From: Candidatus Binatia bacterium | GTDB taxonomy: Bacteria; Chloroflexota; Dormibacteria; Aeolococcales; Aeolococcaceae | Reading direction: 5' to 3' | NCBI GenBank assembly: GCA_035624785.1 | Contig: DASPQV010000049.1 | Span: forward strand, 5,731 to 69,730 | Length of the DNA: 64,000 nucleotides | Shown here: positions 53,731 through 61,444 of the stretch, piece by piece | How positions within the stretch are numbered: position 1 is the stretch's first letter | Layout of the letters: every line of letters starts with the position of its first letter | The notes under the pieces: model-generated | The model's database searches: none | Told to the model about the DNA's origin: nothing | Seen by the model: only the letters and a program-made list of their open reading frames with translations | Position numbers and translations under genes: made by a program

Positions 53731-54818
53731 TGAAATTCGGCGGCCCGCACCGAGAGCACATCGGGAAGCCGCTGGGCCACCTGTCCCCAGGACTCACCGC
53801 CGTCCCGGCTCCAGAAGACCTCGCCGATCCGGGTGCCGAAGAAAAGGCCGGCCGGGTCCGCCCAGTCCGTGCACATGGCGTCGCGGAGGACCCCGCCGAG
53901 GTACGGCTCCTCGGGCAGACCCTCGTTGACGGGATGCCAGGTCGCGCCGGCGTCCTGGCTGCGGTACACGCGGCAGCGGGTGTCCGACGGGAGCCTGCCC
54001 TCGCCGAGCGGGAAGGCGAAGACGGTGTCGGGCTGCTGCGGATGGACGACCATCGGGAACCCGAAGTTGCTGGGCAGGCCGGTCTCGATCGCCGTCCACT
54101 CGTCGCCGCCGTCCTCGCTGCGGTAGACGCCGCCGTGGTTCTGGGCAAAGAGCCGGGAGGGACGGTCGGGATGCATGGCCACCTTGTGGACGCACTGCCC
54201 GTACTCCGGGAAGCGGGCATCCTCGGGGGCAAAGCTGACCTCGATGCCGCGGTTCCTGGGATTCCAGGTGGCGCCGCCGTCCTCGGTCCGATAGACGCCC
54301 CCGGTCGACATCGCCACCAGGCACTGGGCGGGATCGGTGGGGTGCGGGATCACGGTGTGCAGGCAGGCACCACCGTTGCCCGGCCTCCACTCCGACCGGT
54401 GGGGATGGTCCCACAGGCCCCGGACCAGCGAGAAGCTCTCGCCGCCGTCATCGGAGCGGAAGAGAGCATGCGGCTCCACCCCGGCATAGACGACCCCCGG
54501 CTGGTTGGGCGGGCCGGGCTGGATCTGCCAGACGCGGGCCAGCGCCGTCTCGGCCTCGGCGGGAAAAGCGATGGCCGCCTGCCGGGACTCCGCCCAGGTG
54601 GCCCCCAGGTCGTCCGAATGGGTGAAGAACGGTCCCCACCAGCCGAACGTGCCGGAGGCGAACAGCCGGGGGGGATCGCAGCGGCTGTCGATGCCGACCG
54701 CGTAGACCTCCTGGTTGGGGAAGCGGAGTTCGTCCAGTGTCCAGGTGCGCCGGGAGTCGTCGCTCCGCGCGATCAGAAGTCCTTTGCGGGTGCCGATCAT
54801 CAGCAGGGCGCGCGCCAT
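53727..54818 (-). CDS. Cytosolic BNR/Asp-box repeat beta-propeller protein (sialidase-fold-like)
   Basis: Six Asp-box-like repeats: SDDLGATW, SDDGGESF, TEDGGATW, SEDGGDEW, SQDAGATW, SRDGGESW. There is no signal peptide. GGAGGGAGG SD before ATG 54816..54818. Confidence 0.75.
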   Translation of the reverse strand: MARALLMIGTRKGLLIARSDDSRRTWTLDELRFPNQEVYAVGIDSRCDPPRLFASGTFGWWGPFFTHSDDLGATWAESRQAAIAFPAEAETALARVWQIQPGPPNQPGVVYAGVEPHALFRSDDGGESFSLVRGLWDHPHRSEWRPGNGGACLHTVIPHPTDPAQCLVAMSTGGVYRTEDGGATWNPRNRGIEVSFAPEDARFPEYGQCVHKVAMHPDRPSRLFAQNHGGVYRSEDGGDEWTAIETGLPSNFGFPMVVHPQQPDTVFAFPLGEGRLPSDTRCRVYRSQDAGATWHPVNEGLPEEPYLGGVLRDAMCTDWADPAGLFFGTRIGEVFWSRDGGESWGQVAQRLPDVLSVRAAEFQ

Positions 54819-54913
54819 GGGCCTCCCTCCGGTCGTGTGTGGGCTTGTCGCGAGTGTAGACGAGGTGCGACCCGGAAACTCATCGCCGGGAACCCGCGGT
54901 GGCGGGCACCCGC

Positions 54914-55786
54914 CTACAGCTCGGCAACCGCCGGGATCACGTCCCGGGCGATGACCTCCAGGGGCTCGACGCGCGAGACGTCCTTGACCGAGCCGTGGGC
55001 GACCGTGAAGCCGCGGCGGTTCAGCTCCCGGAGATCGGCGACGATCTGGGCCGCCCGCTCGCCGCGCTCGCCGGTGTCGAAGTTGTAGAGGACCGTCTTC
55101 TCGATGTCGTCGTAATCCCGGCCCTCGGCCTCGCAGTGCTGGCGCAGGACCTCGAGCTTCCGCTCCAGGTCCGGGCTCGGGAAGAGGTTGCAGGCCTGGG
55201 CGTAGCGCGCCACCAGCCGCAGCGTCTTGCGCTCCCCGGAGCCGCCGATGAGGATCGGCGGGTGAGGCCGGGACAGGGCCTGGGGCGAGTTCAGGGTCCG
55301 GGCCAGCCGGGCGTGGTGTCCGGCGAACGCCCGGTCGTCGCCGCTCCACATCTGCAGGCAGATCTGGAGGGCGTCCTCGAGGTGCTCGAATCTCTCGGCG
55401 ATGGGCGGGAAGAAGAGGCCCAGCCCGGTGGCCTCGTCCTCGTTCCAGGCCGCGCCGATGCCGAGCATCGCCCGGCCGCCGGAGAGGACGTCGAGGGTGG
55501 TGACGATCTTGGCGAGCAGGCCAGGCTGCCGGTAGACGACCCCGGTGACCAGGGTGAGCAGCCGGACCCGCGAGGTGTGAGCGGCAAGGAAGCCGAGGGT
55601 CGTGTACGCCTCCAGCATCTCGTGCTCAGGGGGCCCGACATTGCGGATCTGGAAGAAATGGTCCATGACGCTGAGCCTGTCGAAGCCCGCCGCGTCGGCG
55701 ACCTGGGCGATCCGGGCCAGGTCCGCGCCGAGGGTCGGGGGTCCGCCCGGCCAGGTGAAGTCGGGGAGGTGGAGGCCGAGCTTCAT
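54914..55786 (-). CDS. LLM-class (luciferase-like) F420-dependent oxidoreductase
   Basis: MKLGLHLPDFTWPGG..., RLSVMDHFFQ, and LGIGAAWNEDE are typical of the Rv1855c-like LLM subgroup. The ATG overlaps the upstream stop (ATGA). Confidence 0.8.
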   Translation of the reverse strand: MKLGLHLPDFTWPGGPPTLGADLARIAQVADAAGFDRLSVMDHFFQIRNVGPPEHEMLEAYTTLGFLAAHTSRVRLLTLVTGVVYRQPGLLAKIVTTLDVLSGGRAMLGIGAAWNEDEATGLGLFFPPIAERFEHLEDALQICLQMWSGDDRAFAGHHARLARTLNSPQALSRPHPPILIGGSGERKTLRLVARYAQACNLFPSPDLERKLEVLRQHCEAEGRDYDDIEKTVLYNFDTGERGERAAQIVADLRELNRRGFTVAHGSVKDVSRVEPLEVIARDVIPAVAEL

Positions 55787-56787
55787 GTCAACGGAGCATC
55801 GCTGATCGGGACCGCCGGGCGGGCCATCAGGCGGGCGATCAGGGCGGGGTCGGCGTTGCCACCGGAGAGGACCAGCACCGTCCGGCCGGCGGCGGGGCGA
55901 GGCAGCCGTCCGGTCAGGAAGGCCGCCAGAGGCACCGCCCCCGACGGCTCGACGGCGAGGTGGAGGCGGGTCCACGCGGTCAGCGTCGCCGCCTCGATCT
56001 CCGCCTCGGTGACCGTGACGATCTGGTCGACCAGGCCCCGACCCACGATCACCTCGAATCCGCGCTCGCCGATGCTCAGGCTGCGCAGGCCGTCGGCGAT
56101 GGTCGCGGGCGCGCCGGGCAGGCTCTCGTGCCGGCCGCTGCGCTTGGAGGCGGCGGCGTCGCCGGCCAGCTCGGGCTCGACGCCCACCACCTGGACCTCG
56201 GGCCGGAGGGCTTTGATCGCCAGGGCACACCCCGAGATCAGGCCGCCGCCACCCACTGGGGTCACCAGCATGCCGAGATCGGGCACGTCATCGACCAGCT
56301 CCAGCCCGATCGTGCCCTGGCCGTGGATGACGTCCCAGGAGTCGAAGGGATGGACCAGGGTCAACCCGGTCTCGGCCCGGATCTCGAGGACGCGCTGCTC
56401 CCGGTTGGCCCCGGTGATGCCCTCGCTGATCACCTCCGCGCCCAGCGCTCGCACCGCGGCCATCTTGATGGGGTTGGAGTCCGCGGGCATGACCACCACG
56501 CAGGCCAGCCCCGTGGTTCGCGCGGCCAGCGCCACCGCCTGGCCGTGATTGCCCGAGCTGACCGCGATGACGCCGGCGGGCTGGCGGTCGTGCTCGAGCA
56601 GCGACAGCACGGCGTTGAAAGCGCCCCGCACCTTGAACGACCCGGTGGGCTGAAGCAGCTCCGGCTTGAGGACGAGCTGAGGGGCGAGGTCGGAGCCGGG
56701 GAGCGCCGGCGTGCGCCGGACCCTGGCTGCGATGCGCTCGGCCGCCTTGCGGATGGCCTCGAGATGTCCGGCCGTGAACTCGTCCAC
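55783..56787 (-). CDS. Threonine/serine dehydratase-family fold-type II PLP enzyme (second paralog in the window)
   Basis: LKPELLQPTGSFKVRGAFN (PLP Lys), SSGNHGQAVALAA, and PVGGGGLISG. GTG start. Confidence 0.85.
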   Translation of the reverse strand: MDEFTAGHLEAIRKAAERIAARVRRTPALPGSDLAPQLVLKPELLQPTGSFKVRGAFNAVLSLLEHDRQPAGVIAVSSGNHGQAVALAARTTGLACVVVMPADSNPIKMAAVRALGAEVISEGITGANREQRVLEIRAETGLTLVHPFDSWDVIHGQGTIGLELVDDVPDLGMLVTPVGGGGLISGCALAIKALRPEVQVVGVEPELAGDAAASKRSGRHESLPGAPATIADGLRSLSIGERGFEVIVGRGLVDQIVTVTEAEIEAATLTAWTRLHLAVEPSGAVPLAAFLTGRLPRPAAGRTVLVLSGGNADPALIARLMARPAVPISDAPLT

Positions 56788-56854
56788 GTGAGCAACCTCC
56801 CTCTGAGCGGGGTCCCGACCGAGCCTGCTCGGTGGGTGAAGTGAAGGACGTCAT

Positions 56855-57856
56855 TCATCCGATCAGCTCGCTGAGGTCGCCGTTGGCGGCCTCTCTCGCG
56901 GCTCCCAGGAGGGGCAGGCCGAAGGCCTCCTCGATGGTCCTCAGGGTGCCGAAATGGTCGCCGGATTTGGCTACGGTGCCTCGCCCGCGGTCGGGGGCGG
57001 AGATCACCACCATGGGGACCCGCCCTCCCGCCGCGTCACCGCAGCAGGATCCGGAGCCGTCGGCGTCGTTCTCGTCCATGGTGACGATCACTGTGCCACC
57101 GTCGGTGAACCAGGCGGAGCCGAGGACGCCCGAGAGGTTGGCGCGGAGCCAGGCGTCCCCCCGCTGGATGCTGGCGCTGTGCATGTCGTCCACGACGTTG
57201 GGGGTGATCCAGACGAAGTCGGGAGCTCCGGCCGAGCCGAGGGCTGCGACCAGCCCGGAGGGTCCCGGGTAGGGCTGGACCGCGGTGGTGCAGCCCCGGC
57301 CGGTGACGTCGCTGAAGAGGACGAATGGGTCGTGCTGGCGGTAGTAGTCGCCGCTGCCGAAGCCCGTGTAGCAGGCGGAGGGCATCGACTCCATGTAGGC
57401 GACCCAGGGGATGCCGGCGGCCGTCATCTGCCCGCCGAGATCCGGGGCGGTGTAGGGTCCGGCGCAGCCGTCACCGCTGCAGCCCTGGTCGGATCCCGAC
57501 ACCAGGTCGAGGTAATTCGGCAGCGACGGGTGCTCGATGGCGTACCAGCCGGTCACCGACACGTACTCGGCCGCCAGCGAGCACAGGTAGGGGTCGGGCG
57601 ATCCGTTGCCGCACTCGCCCAGCGTCGCCTGGTAGCCGACGTTCTCCTCGATCACCAGCAGGATGTGCGGTCGGGCGGCGGGGGCGGTGGCGACGGGAAC
57701 GCTTGGCGAGGACGGCGCGGGGGTGGCGGGCGGCCGGCCGGCAGTCGTCGAGGGGGGAGTGGGAGCGGGGGGACGGGTTGCGGCGGAGCCCGAGCCGCAG
57801 CCGCCCAGAGCGGTCATCGCCACCGCGAGCACCGCTCTGGCGCACCAAGGCCTCAC
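56855..57856 (-). CDS. Phosphoesterase-family lipoprotein (acid phosphatase / phospholipase C superfamily)
   Basis: Lipobox LGGCGS and a Pro/Thr-rich linker. Motifs: ILLVIEEN, HPSLPNYL, ITPNVVDDMH, VTMDEND. Confidence 0.65.
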   Translation of the reverse strand: MRPWCARAVLAVAMTALGGCGSGSAATRPPAPTPPSTTAGRPPATPAPSSPSVPVATAPAARPHILLVIEENVGYQATLGECGNGSPDPYLCSLAAEYVSVTGWYAIEHPSLPNYLDLVSGSDQGCSGDGCAGPYTAPDLGGQMTAAGIPWVAYMESMPSACYTGFGSGDYYRQHDPFVLFSDVTGRGCTTAVQPYPGPSGLVAALGSAGAPDFVWITPNVVDDMHSASIQRGDAWLRANLSGVLGSAWFTDGGTVIVTMDENDADGSGSCCGDAAGGRVPMVVISAPDRGRGTVAKSGDHFGTLRTIEEAFGLPLLGAAREAANGDLSELIG

Positions 57857-57993
57857 CTCCGCAACGCTACCGGAGCGGAGACGAGGCCGGGGCCGCCGAG
57901 GGCTGGGGGGTGGGGGCTTCCCCCCAGCCGGGTCAACGGCAATGTCGGCCGGCCCGGCGGGGCCGGCGTGCCGGCCTCATTGGCCGGGCCTGG

Positions 57994-58530
57994 TCAATAC
58001 CCGTAGGGGTTGGTGCTCGAGGCGGCGCCGGCGGCGGCGGTCAGGCTGGGCGTGGCCACGAACCACTTGCCGCCGATGCCTTCACCGTGGGCGTCACCGG
58101 GCGCGGAGTCGCCCGAGTAGGTGTAGAGGGGATGCCCCGCGTACTCGACCTGACGCCCGTTGGTGCCTGACAGCACGGTGAGCGGCTGGGAGAGGGTCAT
58201 GGCGGCGTTGGGCTGGCCGCTGCTGAGGAGGAGCGGGGGCCAGGTGCTGGCGCAGCCTCCGGTGCAGCTCACCGAGGTCGCGCTGTCGGGCGTGAAGTAG
58301 TAGAGGGTCATCCCGCTGGCGTTGGTGAGCACCTGCTCCGAGCTGCCGTTGACGCTCGCCGTCCCCCCCTCGACGGTCGCGCTGGAGGCGGAGGGGGTGG
58401 AGGTGGACGCGGGTGGTGTGGAGGCCGCCGCCGTCCCGGTGGCGGCGGGGGAGTTGGCCGAGGTGGTGCCGCAGCCGGCCAGCACCAGCGCTGTGGCTCC
58501 GAGCCATATGAAATGCTGTGGGCGCATCAT
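57994..58530 (-). CDS. Lipoprotein with 'secreted repeat of unknown function' modules (COG4315/PF03640-like)
   Basis: Lipobox LAGCG. Two repeats of the type G.TLYYFT.D....SC.G.CA..WPP and G.PLYTYSGD..PGD..G.G. I take the start at MMRPQHF (58530). Confidence 0.7.
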   Translation of the reverse strand: MMRPQHFIWLGATALVLAGCGTTSANSPAATGTAAASTPPASTSTPSASSATVEGGTASVNGSSEQVLTNASGMTLYYFTPDSATSVSCTGGCASTWPPLLLSSGQPNAAMTLSQPLTVLSGTNGRQVEYAGHPLYTYSGDSAPGDAHGEGIGGKWFVATPSLTAAAGAASSTNPYGY

Positions 58531-58645
58531 GTGTCTCCGTGGCTCACCCGGGCGGGGCCGAGGTGAGTGCTTGCTCTCAACCCACACACACGGGCGCCGC
58601 GGCGGCCCGGTTCAGTGCGGGCTGAGGACCCCACCACGGTGCCGA

Positions 58646-58671
58646 TGAACCGCCGCACCATTCCGATCGTG
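58646..58671 (+). promoter_or_regulatory. Possible ECF-type autoregulatory promoter (TGAAC-N17-CGTG)
   Basis: Read directly upstream of the sigma gene. ECF promoters commonly have a GAAC-containing -35 element and a CGT-containing -10 element. It lies very close to the GTG at 58680, so the true start may be ATG 58692 or the mRNA may be leaderless. Confidence 0.25.
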
Positions 58672-58679
58672 AAGAGGGT

Positions 58680-59228
58680 GTGCAGGCAGTCATGGAGAGG
58701 GAGGCTCCAGGGAGATTGACCGACGACCCGGGGGCGGCGTTCGTGGGTGCTCTGTGGCTGGAGCACGGCGATGCCCTGCTCGGCCACGTCCGCCGGCGGG
58801 TCGGCGACCCCGGCCGCGCCGAGGACATCGTTCAGGAGGTCATGGTCCGGGCCTGGCGCCACGCTGGCCGCCTGGACGTGCACACCCGATCGCTTCGGCC
58901 CTGGCTATTCAGGGTTGCCGACAACCTGGCGACCGACCAGCATCGGGCGCGGCTGGCTCGGCCCCCGGAGGTCGGCGGGCTGGCCGTCGACCTGCAGACG
59001 GGCGGGGAGGACATCGACCGGGCAGTGGAGGCCCTCGACGTCGCCGGAGCCATCGCCAGCCTGAGCCCGGAGCACCAGGCGGTGCTCACCGAGACCTACT
59101 ACAGGGGGCGGACGGTCGCCGAGGCTGCCGCCGCCCTCGGCATCCCCGCGGGGACGGTCAAGTCGCGCACCTACTACGCGCTCCGGGCCCTGCGGGTGGC
59201 ATTGGAGGAACGTGGATGGCAGCCGTGA
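58680..59228 (+). CDS. ECF sigma factor
   Basis: Region 2 (AEDIVQEVMVRAWRHA, RPWLFRVADNLATDQHR) and region 4 (LSPEHQAVLTETYYRGRTVAEAAAALGIPAGTVKSRTYYALRALR). Confidence 0.85.
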   Translation: MQAVMEREAPGRLTDDPGAAFVGALWLEHGDALLGHVRRRVGDPGRAEDIVQEVMVRAWRHAGRLDVHTRSLRPWLFRVADNLATDQHRARLARPPEVGGLAVDLQTGGEDIDRAVEALDVAGAIASLSPEHQAVLTETYYRGRTVAEAAAALGIPAGTVKSRTYYALRALRVALEERGWQP

Positions 59229-59935
59229 GCGACCCCTGCGAGGGAGTGCGGATCGCCCTCGGCGCCTACCTGCTCGAGGCCCTGGATCCGGCCGAGGCCG
59301 TGGAGGTGCGGAGCCACCTTGCGGGTTGCGCCGCGTGCCGCGATGAGCTGGCGCTGCTCGCGCCCCTGCCCGGGGTGCTGAGCCGGCTCGGAGCCCGCGG
59401 CTCCCTGGCCATGCCGGCTCCGGCCGTCCCACCGCCCGTTCCCAGCGCGCCTCCCGGGCTCCTGGAGCGGACCGTGGCTGAGATCGGGCGGCGGCGCCGC
59501 AGCCTCCGTCTGCGTCTCCGCATCGCCGCCGGGTTCGGCGCGCTCACCCTGGCGGGTGCGGGGGTGGCCGCCGGCTTCCTGATCGCCGGCCACGTCAACG
59601 CTCCGCCGCCGGCGCAGGTGGCCGCCGTGCACGCGTCGGGAACCAACCCCGCCAACGGGGTGAGGGTGACCGCCGACGTCTTCCGAGAGGACTGGGGCAG
59701 CTCCATCCACCTCACCGTCTCCGGGGTGAAGCCGGGGGACGACTGCCAGCTCTGGGCGGTCGGCCGCAGCGGGGCCCAGCAGGAGCTGGGAAGCTGGCGG
59801 GTCGGCTACGAGGGCTGGGCCACAGTGGACGGCGCCACCGACATGCCGGCCGCGCAGATCTCCACCCTGAAGGTGGTGACCAGCTCGGGCAGCAACCTGA
59901 TGACGCTCGCCCTGCCTTCTGCCGCATCCTCATAG
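59216..59935 (+). CDS. Anti-sigma factor: zf-HC2 N-terminus, one TM segment, RskA-like extracytoplasmic domain
   Basis: [11 protein letters not shown] (H-x3-C-x2-C), TM segment [22 protein letters not shown], and C-terminal CQLWAV...GSW, which resembles the anti-sigma-K C-terminal domain. It overlaps the sigma gene by 13 nt. GGAGGAA SD. Confidence 0.8.
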   Translation: MAAVSDPCEGVRIALGAYLLEALDPAEAVEVRSHLAGCAACRDELALLAPLPGVLSRLGARGSLAMPAPAVPPPVPSAPPGLLERTVAEIGRRRRSLRLRLRIAAGFGALTLAGAGVAAGFLIAGHVNAPPPAQVAAVHASGTNPANGVRVTADVFREDWGSSIHLTVSGVKPGDDCQLWAVGRSGAQQELGSWRVGYEGWATVDGATDMPAAQISTLKVVTSSGSNLMTLALPSAASS

Positions 59936-59936
59936 G

Positions 59937-61349
59937 GTGCAGGACGCCGTCGTCGTCGGCGCCGGGCCCAACGGCCTGGCAGCGGCGATCACCCTCGCCC
60001 AGCGGGGCTGGGGAGTCCATGTCGTCGAGGCCGCGGAGCGGGTGGGCGGCGGCTGCCGGACCGCGGAGCTCACCCTGCCCGGGTTCCGCCACGACATCTG
60101 CTCGACGGTCGACGCTTTCGGCACGCTCTCGCCCTTCCTCACCGGCCTGGACCTCGGGGCACTTGGGGTGGAGTGGGTCCACCCGCCGGCTCCCCTGGCT
60201 CACGCCTTCTCCGACCGGCCGGCCACGATCGTTGAGCGCGACATCAGCGCCACCGCCGCCGGCCTCGGCCCCGACTACCACCGGTACGCGGGGATCCTCG
60301 GCCCGCTGGTCCACGGCCACCGCGCCTTCGCCGACACGGTGCTTGGCCCCCTGGTCCGGGTGCCCCGGCACCCGCTCTTCATGGCGGGCTTCGGCCGCTA
60401 CGCTGCCCTGCCGGCGACGCTCCTCTCCCGGCTGTTCGCGGCCCAGGGGACGCGGGCGCTGATCGGGGGCGCCGCGGCCCATTCGATCGCGCCGCTGAGC
60501 CAGCCCCTGACCGGGGCAGCCGCGCTCATCATGCTGGGCACCGCGCACGGCAGCGGCTGGCCGGTGGTGCGAGGCGGGTCACAGGTGCTCGCCGACGCCC
60601 TTGCCGCCCGGTTGGGCGAGCTGGGAGGGACGATCGAGACCGGGCGCACGGTCCGGCGGATGAGCGACCTGCCCGACGCCCGCGCCTACCTCTTCGACCT
60701 CTCGCCCTGGCAGCTGGCCGCGATCTGCGCCGACGACCTCCCGACCGGCTACCTGCGCCGACTGCGGCGATACCGGCGTGGGCCGGGCGTCTTCAAGCTC
60801 GACTATGCGCTCTCCGGCCCCATCCCCTGGCGGGATCCGGCCTGCCTGAGGGCCGGGACGGTGCACGTGGGCGGGCTCTTCGAGGACGTCGCCCGCTCCG
60901 AGGCGGCGGTGGCCGCCGGGCGGGTCTCGGAGAGGCCCTTCCTGCTCGTCGTCCAGGCCTCCCTCTTCGACCCCACCCGGGCGCCCGAGGGGCGGCACAC
61001 CGCCTGGGTCTACTGCCACGTACCCAACGGCTTCGACCTCGACATCTCGGAGCGGATCGAGCGAAGGCTCGAGGAGCACGCGCCGGGCTTCCGCGACCTG
61101 GTCCTGGAACGGCGGGCGATGAACGCCGCCCAGATGGAGGCTCACAACCCCAACTGCGCCGGCGGAGACATCGCCGGGGGCCGCAACACCGTCCGGCAGA
61201 TCGTGCTTCGCCCGGTGCCCAGCCTCAATCCCTACGCCACCCCGAACCCGCGGATCTTCATCTGCTCGGCGTCGACGCCGCCCGGGGGAGGGGTGCATGG
61301 CATGTGCGGCTACCACGCTGCCCATGCCGTGCTCCGGCGCCGCCCCTGA
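59937..61349 (+). CDS. FAD/NAD(P)-dependent oxidoreductase of the phytoene-desaturase (CrtI-like) family
   Basis: [17 protein letters not shown] dinucleotide motif, and a C-terminal [10 protein letters not shown] motif typical of the family. GTG start 1 nt after the anti-sigma stop. Confidence 0.75.
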   Translation: MQDAVVVGAGPNGLAAAITLAQRGWGVHVVEAAERVGGGCRTAELTLPGFRHDICSTVDAFGTLSPFLTGLDLGALGVEWVHPPAPLAHAFSDRPATIVERDISATAAGLGPDYHRYAGILGPLVHGHRAFADTVLGPLVRVPRHPLFMAGFGRYAALPATLLSRLFAAQGTRALIGGAAAHSIAPLSQPLTGAAALIMLGTAHGSGWPVVRGGSQVLADALAARLGELGGTIETGRTVRRMSDLPDARAYLFDLSPWQLAAICADDLPTGYLRRLRRYRRGPGVFKLDYALSGPIPWRDPACLRAGTVHVGGLFEDVARSEAAVAAGRVSERPFLLVVQASLFDPTRAPEGRHTAWVYCHVPNGFDLDISERIERRLEEHAPGFRDLVLERRAMNAAQMEAHNPNCAGGDIAGGRNTVRQIVLRPVPSLNPYATPNPRIFICSASTPPGGGVHGMCGYHAAHAVLRRRP

Positions 61350-61444
61350 CAGGAGCGAAGCCGGCGTAGTCATCGGCAATGCTCCGCGGCTTGCTCCACA
61401 CTTGCGGCGGGCTGGGGCTCGTGAGTTGACAGGCAGGTGGGGCG

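Noticed and set aside
55783-56787. CysM-like sulfhydrylase that would use the MoaD-like carrier thiocarboxylate (CysO/CysM logic)
   Set aside because: The PLP-lysine motif is SFKVRGA (threonine dehydratase/serine racemase type), not the cysteine-synthase GSxKDR type. The idea is kept only as something to test.
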